Part shown: positions 58,284-64,000 of the stretch, in pieces
Position numbering within the stretch: position 1 is the stretch's first letter
How the letters are laid out: every line of letters starts with the position of its first letter
Source: Candidatus Micrarchaeota archaeon
Lineage (GTDB): Archaea > Micrarchaeota > Micrarchaeia > Anstonellales > Bilamarchaeaceae
Direction of reading: 5' to 3'
DNA length: 64,000 bases
NCBI GenBank assembly: GCA_038046765.1
Contig: JBBSVN010000003.1
Location: forward strand, 32,001 to 96,000
Position numbers and translations under genes: made by a program
The notes under the pieces: model-generated
What the model saw: only the letters and a program-made list of their open reading frames with translations
Told to the model about the DNA's origin: nothing
The model's database searches: none

Positions 58284-59150
58284 TTAACTTTTTGAAGCTT
58301 CTTTTTCAACTAAAATTTTCTTATTTCTTACTCTTACTTCTGTTAATTCATTATAATTAGCTTGTGTCGATACGCTTGTACCTGTTTTTTCTTCTAGTTC
58401 TTTCCTAGCATTTCCCGCAACAGTTCCGCCTTGAACTGCAGCGTCCTTATTTTCCGGAAATCCTTGCGCATCCTTCTTTTTCGCAATTTCGGTTGTTGAA
58501 GCTTCACCTAGCATGGTAAATATCAGTTCAAGATCTGTCATGTGATCACGCAAATTATCTTTTGGATTATCAAGTGCTTTGAAATTTTTGTATTCTGATG
58601 GAGTCATACCAAATGTTGCCTTGCTAATTTCAGATGTAAGAATAGCATATTCTAAATGTTCTTTCACACCGCGTTTTTTCCATTCTTCTGTTAGTTCATC
58701 CCGAACTGCGATTCCACGCATTCGTTTTTCAATCCAAGAATCAGAATAACCTTTTTGTTTATATATTTCACGCATACGTTTTGTCGCGATTTCAGGATTT
58801 TCAATCTCTTCAAGTCGTTCATAACCCACTTTGGCTAACCAGAGTTTGAAAGGTTCTGCTTTGGGTGATGGGATTGATTGAATTAAACGAAATAATTGCT
58901 CGGTATCTGCAACATCGGTTAGACGCATTTTGCCATCAGTAGCTTCCATTTTCAAACTGTGACAATTTGTCACGGTTTCATTTCCTTGAGCTTTTAAACG
59001 CTCTTTAAGTTTACGCCAGTAAGCACCGGGATCAACACTGTCGGTTAAAACCGCAAGAACATCAACAATAGAAAAATACCATTTATGGTTAACTTCGTTC
59101 CAAATTCTACGAACTTTTTTTTCTTCAAACAAGATTATGCCGTTGCTCAT
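58284..59150 (-). CDS. Bro-N domain protein
   Basis: KWYFSIVDV...YWRKLK...IQSIPSPKAEPFKLWLA...LRDHMTDLELIF. Confidence 0.88.
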   Translation of the reverse strand: MSNGIILFEEKKVRRIWNEVNHKWYFSIVDVLAVLTDSVDPGAYWRKLKERLKAQGNETVTNCHSLKMEATDGKMRLTDVADTEQLFRLIQSIPSPKAEPFKLWLAKVGYERLEEIENPEIATKRMREIYKQKGYSDSWIEKRMRGIAVRDELTEEWKKRGVKEHLEYAILTSEISKATFGMTPSEYKNFKALDNPKDNLRDHMTDLELIFTMLGEASTTEIAKKKDAQGFPENKDAAVQGGTVAGNARKELEEKTGTSVSTQANYNELTEVRVRNKKILVEKEASKS

Positions 59151-59244
59151 ATTATACGCCTTTTTTATCAGAAAATTCGTTATTTTACTTAAGCAGGTTA
59201 AGGAATAAAAATGTACTTGCATTTAATAATCCATTGATGATTCT

Positions 59245-60141
59245 ATGAATTCCAAGATACTTGCACATTACCTTGATTTTTCTACGTATACCTATCCCGG
59301 ACTATACTTATCAAAGCTAAAAAATGATTTACCTGATGAGGTTAGATCTATAGGAGAGTTTGTTAGAAGGCAAATAATTCATCGTTCAACCTTGAAAGAT
59401 GGAAATATTGGAACGAATTTAGATAAAAAATTTGGAGATATGAATAAAGTTGCATGGTACAAACAACCAGAAGATGATATTTTAACAACTGCTTCATCAA
59501 TGTTCGCTGAATTATACCATCGCAATTCACTTGGTTTTATAAAAAATAGAAAAGAAAATGACAAATTAATTCTTACCTGTAGGTCTACCTCAATTTTAAT
59601 GGCCTCGATTTTAAAATCAAAAAGTATTCCATGCAGGGTTCGTTCTGGTCATGCCCCATATTTTGATATGGGGGAACTAAGAAATGTTAGTACTGATCAT
59701 TGGATAAATCAATATTGGAATTCTAAAGAAAAAAGATGGATTACTATTGATGTTGATGGAAGCTGGAGTATGAACGAACCTCTTAATGCTTACGATTTAC
59801 CTTTGGGTAAATTCTATTTCCCTGCTGATTCTTGGCTTGGCATTCGTTCTAGTATACTAGATCAAAATAAATTTCGGAATGCAGCGCCAGAAAAAGGTTT
59901 AATTACTGTTTGCTGGGCATTATTTTACGATTTTCACTGTTTAATGAATGATGAGGTTATTTACCTTCATGTCCCAGAACCAGCTACTTATATAAAATTT
60001 AATAAGTTGTCTAAACAAGAATTAGAAGAAATTGATAATTTAGCTGTTTTAATGCAAGACCCAGATAAAAATTTCTTTGACTTACAAAAAATTTGGGAAA
60101 CTAATAAGAAATTTAGGTTGTTAAAGGGCGGATTATTATAG
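59245..60141 (+). CDS. Transglutaminase-like domain protein
   Basis: TCR...RVRSG...DHW...W...D catalytic triad pattern. Confidence 0.8.
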   Translation: MNSKILAHYLDFSTYTYPGLYLSKLKNDLPDEVRSIGEFVRRQIIHRSTLKDGNIGTNLDKKFGDMNKVAWYKQPEDDILTTASSMFAELYHRNSLGFIKNRKENDKLILTCRSTSILMASILKSKSIPCRVRSGHAPYFDMGELRNVSTDHWINQYWNSKEKRWITIDVDGSWSMNEPLNAYDLPLGKFYFPADSWLGIRSSILDQNKFRNAAPEKGLITVCWALFYDFHCLMNDEVIYLHVPEPATYIKFNKLSKQELEEIDNLAVLMQDPDKNFFDLQKIWETNKKFRLLKGGLL

Positions 60142-60166
60142 TAAAAATATTTCGTGTTGTTCAAAT

Positions 60167-61225
60167 CTATTTCACAAAATAAAACAACACCGCAATAATC
60201 AAATACATTATCACTAACTGTGCTCCTTCAAACCAGTTCGTGCTTTCATCTGATGAAATTTCGTTTACAATTAATACACTAGCAAATACTGCAATTATTT
60301 CAAATGGAGTAAACACCAAATCCATAGGTTGCTTCATAACTATTCCTGCTAATACTGCAACAGGAGCTACAAACAATGCAATCTGCAAACTAGAACCAAC
60401 AGTTATCCCTATTGCGACATCAAGTTCATTTTTCATTGCAAAAGATACTGCGGAAATATGTTCAGCTGCGTTACCTACTATTGCAACTATTACTGCACCA
60501 ATAAATAGTTCAGTTAAATTAAAACTTTTTGCAAATGTTTCTATCTGAGCAACAAATATTTCGCTGATTAATGCGAGAAAAACTGTTGATATTAGAAGAA
60601 CTAAAATTGCTTTATTCCGACTCCACTTTGGTTTTTCATCTTCATGACTTTTATGGCTATGACTGGTAAATAAATGACTATGCGTTTTTAGAGAAAACAA
60701 TATGCTAAGTAAATATAACGAAATTAATAAAATTGAAACAATAATGCTTAACCCTAGTTCGTCTTTTGGATTTCTTACCTGATCTGGCATTAAATGGAAT
60801 AAACTAGGAATCATAATGCTCATAAAAGCAATTAAAAGCATGGTTGCATTTAGTCCTGCCAAATGCTTTGAAAATTTCTGTTCCTTGTATTTTAAACCAC
60901 CTAGTAACAAACTTAGTCCAAGAACGAAAAGTATATTGCCAATTATACTCCCTGCTATCGATGCTTTAACTAAGTCAAGTAATCCTTTATTGATTGCCAA
61001 AAGTGCGATTATTAATTCAGCTGCGTTTCCAAATGTCGCATTTAATAATCCGCCAATATGCCCGCCATATATTTTAGCTAATTCTTCAGTTGCTTCGCCC
61101 ATTTTAGCGGCTAATGGTAGAATCGCAAGTAATGAAACTACAAAAAGTATCGTGCTGTTTGTTCCGATATAATTTAACGCGAACGCTAAAAATACAAAAA
61201 TAAATAAAATATCCTTAATTTGCAT
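60167..61225 (-). CDS. cax: Ca2+/H+ exchanger
   Basis: Two GNAAE alpha repeats, GSSLQIAL, NWFEG. Confidence 0.93.
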   Translation of the reverse strand: MQIKDILFIFVFLAFALNYIGTNSTILFVVSLLAILPLAAKMGEATEELAKIYGGHIGGLLNATFGNAAELIIALLAINKGLLDLVKASIAGSIIGNILFVLGLSLLLGGLKYKEQKFSKHLAGLNATMLLIAFMSIMIPSLFHLMPDQVRNPKDELGLSIIVSILLISLYLLSILFSLKTHSHLFTSHSHKSHEDEKPKWSRNKAILVLLISTVFLALISEIFVAQIETFAKSFNLTELFIGAVIVAIVGNAAEHISAVSFAMKNELDVAIGITVGSSLQIALFVAPVAVLAGIVMKQPMDLVFTPFEIIAVFASVLIVNEISSDESTNWFEGAQLVIMYLIIAVLFYFVK

Positions 61226-61802
61226 ACTGTTTGTACACCCAATCATTCATTTTTTGAGCTTTGCTTTTATAATAATAACCAAAAGTTAATCCAAATATCA
61301 ATCCACCTAAATGCGCTGCGCTTGCTGTTCCTGAAGCAGGATTAAAAGAACCGATTAATTCTAAGACAAACCAAATTATAGTCATTGTTCGAATTGAAAC
61401 TGGAAAAAAGAAGAATAACAAAGTTAGTTCAGGCATTAAAATCGAAAGCGCTCCGAGCATTGCGTAAATTGCCCCGCTAGCCCCTAATGCTGGAATGGGT
61501 GGAATTATTCCAAAATAAATAGTAACTAGATACGCGATGCTACCAATAATCCCCCCAAATAAGAATAAAATCAAGAAATCTCTTTTACCAATCGTATTTT
61601 CAAGGTAAGGACCAAAGGCAATTAGCGCGTATGCATTGAAAAAAAGATGCATTACTCCACCGTGTAAAAATATGCTCGTAATTAACATCCAAGGCATTAA
61701 GTTTGTTGGATTTAGTATAAACATTTTTTCGAAACCAGGAACGGATAGTTGGACGACAAATACAACTACAATTAAAAAAAGCAAAATATGTGTTATTTTC
61801 AT
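61215..61802 (-). CDS. Rhomboid intramembrane protease
   Basis: HLFFN, GASG, AHLGG. Confidence 0.95.
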   Translation of the reverse strand: MKITHILLFLIVVVFVVQLSVPGFEKMFILNPTNLMPWMLITSIFLHGGVMHLFFNAYALIAFGPYLENTIGKRDFLILFLFGGIIGSIAYLVTIYFGIIPPIPALGASGAIYAMLGALSILMPELTLLFFFFPVSIRTMTIIWFVLELIGSFNPASGTASAAHLGGLIFGLTFGYYYKSKAQKMNDWVYKQYAN

Positions 61803-61823
61803 GAGTTTTCAACCTTTCCCGAG

Positions 61824-62621
61824 CTATTCTTTCAAATAATTAATCGTTTCTTTTCTAGAACTAATAAATGCTTCGATTTCAACGTACTTTTCCATTCCAG
61901 CGTCTTTTATTTTCTTAAGTAAGTTCGCTTCGATCTGGAAAACTCCTGCACTACTTTCCATCTCAACGTAGATACTTATTGGTTTAGTTTTCCCTTCTTT
62001 AACCCTTACCTTTGTAATCGATAGTGCGCTTAATCCGTGCATGTCTCGTTTTCCTTTTTCGTATGGAATTCTTGCTCGTCCTTGTTCCATATCACATCCA
62101 TCTGCAAGAGGCACAATTTTAGCTTCTAAACTAGTCGATTGATAATTTCCCATGTGACAAAGTATTGCTTCTAAGATTAACTTCTTTTTTCTTTCGTTTA
62201 GTTCGTTAATTTCATTTGTTGTATGGTATAATCTATCTAATATTCCTTTTACTATAAAAAATCCAGTTAATTCATGTTGATCGCGTAATATCGAGTTTCC
62301 AATGTCGTGTAAGTATCCTGCGATGATTACAACCTCCAATGCATCTTCAAACGTTGCTTTTTTACATTCTTTTAGAAGGTTTGGTTTAATTCCTTTAGAA
62401 TATAAAATTTGAAGTATTTTTGCACTTATAAAAGAAACAATTTTAGCGTGAACATCTCCGTGGTCGTTGTAACCAAGTCTACCAACAGTTACATCGTTAC
62501 TAATAACAAGCGCTAGTTCGATTTCTTTATCCGTTCGTAAAAAGTCAAGGGTCTTTCTAGCTTTAGGGAATTCTTTTATTTCATCGTCCAAGTTTTTGTT
62601 AATTGTTTCACGAAGGTTCAA
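61824..62621 (-). CDS. HD-domain protein
   Basis: YNDHGDVH, LHDIG, ADGCDM..GRAR; GGTGA SD with TTG start. Confidence 0.88.
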   Translation of the reverse strand: MNLRETINKNLDDEIKEFPKARKTLDFLRTDKEIELALVISNDVTVGRLGYNDHGDVHAKIVSFISAKILQILYSKGIKPNLLKECKKATFEDALEVVIIAGYLHDIGNSILRDQHELTGFFIVKGILDRLYHTTNEINELNERKKKLILEAILCHMGNYQSTSLEAKIVPLADGCDMEQGRARIPYEKGKRDMHGLSALSITKVRVKEGKTKPISIYVEMESSAGVFQIEANLLKKIKDAGMEKYVEIEAFISSRKETINYLKE

Positions 62622-62633
62622 AGAATCACCAAA

Positions 62634-63959
62634 TTAAGAACGTTGTTGTTTTGCTTCGTATTCTTCTAAAAGTTTTAGGACTTTCTCTGAAGATTTTGTA
62701 GATTGGTCATTATCTTTCCAATATTTTACGGACTCCTTTTTATAGTCTATTGCCGTTTTTCCATCCGCGTCTTTTATATCCACGCGTGCACCTTTTTCTA
62801 GGAGTAATCTTATTCTATCTATTCCCTCATTTGTAACAGCCCAAATAAGGGGTGTTCTTCCAATGTTATCTTTGGCATTTATATCCGCACCATTTTCTAA
62901 TAAAATTTCAATTCTTTTTTTAGTTTCTCTTTCTGAAACCTCATGATATACACAAGTTATTGCGTGGTGGATAGGAGCCCAACCTCTTTGGTCTTGTGCA
63001 TTAACATTTGCGCCTTTTTCGATTAAAAGTTTAATTGTAGATAATTTTCCACGCTCGTTTAAAGCTTCCATCAAAGGAGTTTCTTGATTTCCATTTCGAC
63101 CGTTTACATTAGCTCCAAACTTAAGTAATAGCTTAATTAGATTATTATCCCCCCATCTAGCAATCCTACCTAATAATGTAAATTCCCGTCCAATCTGAAC
63201 TTTTCTTACTTTGTTTAAATCAAAATCACTATTTGCTGCAAATATTTCGATTAAAAGTCGCTCCATTAGTTTAGGCTTGTCGTACACATAGTCTAGGATT
63301 GTTTTGCCGTCATCATCTTCTAACAAAGGATCAGCTCCATTTCTTATCAAATGTTCTAAAACTCCTTTATCCCTCCAAAAAAAGCAAAAACGTTTAATCG
63401 CAGTTATTAAAGGTGTAGAGCCGTCACCTCTTCGTGCATTTATATCTGCCCCGTATTTTAGTAAAAGATCGATCATAGGAATATTTCCGTTCCACACTGC
63501 CACAGACATAGGACAACCGTGATCAATAAGAGAAGGATCTTTTAGATTTATTTCAGAGATAATCAATTCTGCGGTTTCTAAGTTATTACTTCTAACTGCC
63601 ATCCACAATGCATTTCCTCCTTTATCATCTATTTCAACTACACTTGCTTTATGTTTTAAAAGTAGTTTAACCATTTCAGAATTTCCTTTTTCAGCAGCAT
63701 GCATTAACGCAGTCTTACCTTTTTCATCTTTTGCATTTACTTCGGCTCCACTTTCAAGCGCTTCTTCTAATTTTCTAATGTTTCCTCTTTTTGCTGCATC
63801 CAGTAATTTTTTATTATGTTCCATTGCCCAGTTTTCAACTAGAATATCTCTTCTTTGTAATGCTCGTTGTTCTGAATGCGGTGAAGTTGTTAATTCTCTT
63901 TTTTGCCCCCCTTGCAATAATGCATTAGCACTTATTACATACTTTTCTGCTTCTTTCAT
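62634..63959 (-). CDS. Ankyrin-repeat protein
   Basis: Multiple G.TPL..A...G.......LL..GA.VN repeats. Confidence 0.93.
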   Translation of the reverse strand: MKEAEKYVISANALLQGGQKRELTTSPHSEQRALQRRDILVENWAMEHNKKLLDAAKRGNIRKLEEALESGAEVNAKDEKGKTALMHAAEKGNSEMVKLLLKHKASVVEIDDKGGNALWMAVRSNNLETAELIISEINLKDPSLIDHGCPMSVAVWNGNIPMIDLLLKYGADINARRGDGSTPLITAIKRFCFFWRDKGVLEHLIRNGADPLLEDDDGKTILDYVYDKPKLMERLLIEIFAANSDFDLNKVRKVQIGREFTLLGRIARWGDNNLIKLLLKFGANVNGRNGNQETPLMEALNERGKLSTIKLLIEKGANVNAQDQRGWAPIHHAITCVYHEVSERETKKRIEILLENGADINAKDNIGRTPLIWAVTNEGIDRIRLLLEKGARVDIKDADGKTAIDYKKESVKYWKDNDQSTKSSEKVLKLLEEYEAKQQRS

Positions 63960-64000
63960 TATTCTTTCTAGTTCCTTTGAACTTTTTGATTTTCTAGATT

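Noticed and set aside
58284..60141. Prophage around the Bro-N gene
   Set aside because: No integrase, capsid, terminase or att repeats; the flanks are housekeeping genes.

Overview
AT-rich archaeal chromosomal window. Archaeal evidence: rpl18e, rpl13, rps9, rpoN, rps2, rpl11, Rpp21, Dph5, archease, BHB-intron tRNAs and AGGTGA Shine-Dalgarno motifs. A DPANN, possibly Micrarchaeota-like, origin is an inference from gene compactness and content. Most genes are housekeeping: lpdA, rtcB-COG0523-archease, suf cluster, ribosomal cluster, uvrA/uvrB, UvrD, argF, msrA, glpX-fba. These are interleaved with toxin-antitoxin-like modules and many orphan genes. No CRISPR array, rRNA, transposase or integrase was seen. 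Main observations: (1) an unannotated ~350-400 nt structured, probably pseudoknotted minus-strand RNA candidate at 55.34-55.74 kb, with its own TATA-like box and two converging basic paralogous orphans; (2) three genes, including uvrA, with ATC where the initiator Met is expected behind an AGGTGA motif; (3) an AT-rich three-gene module with a COMMD-like protein and a PIN nuclease; (4) a 58-nt twin-hairpin element present twice with compensatory changes; (5) a circularly permuted DsbA; (6) a T-loop intron in tRNA-Pro, and tandem copies of the tRNA-Asn 3' end; (7) an in-frame TAA in rps2. All calls were made by eye; no database searches were run.
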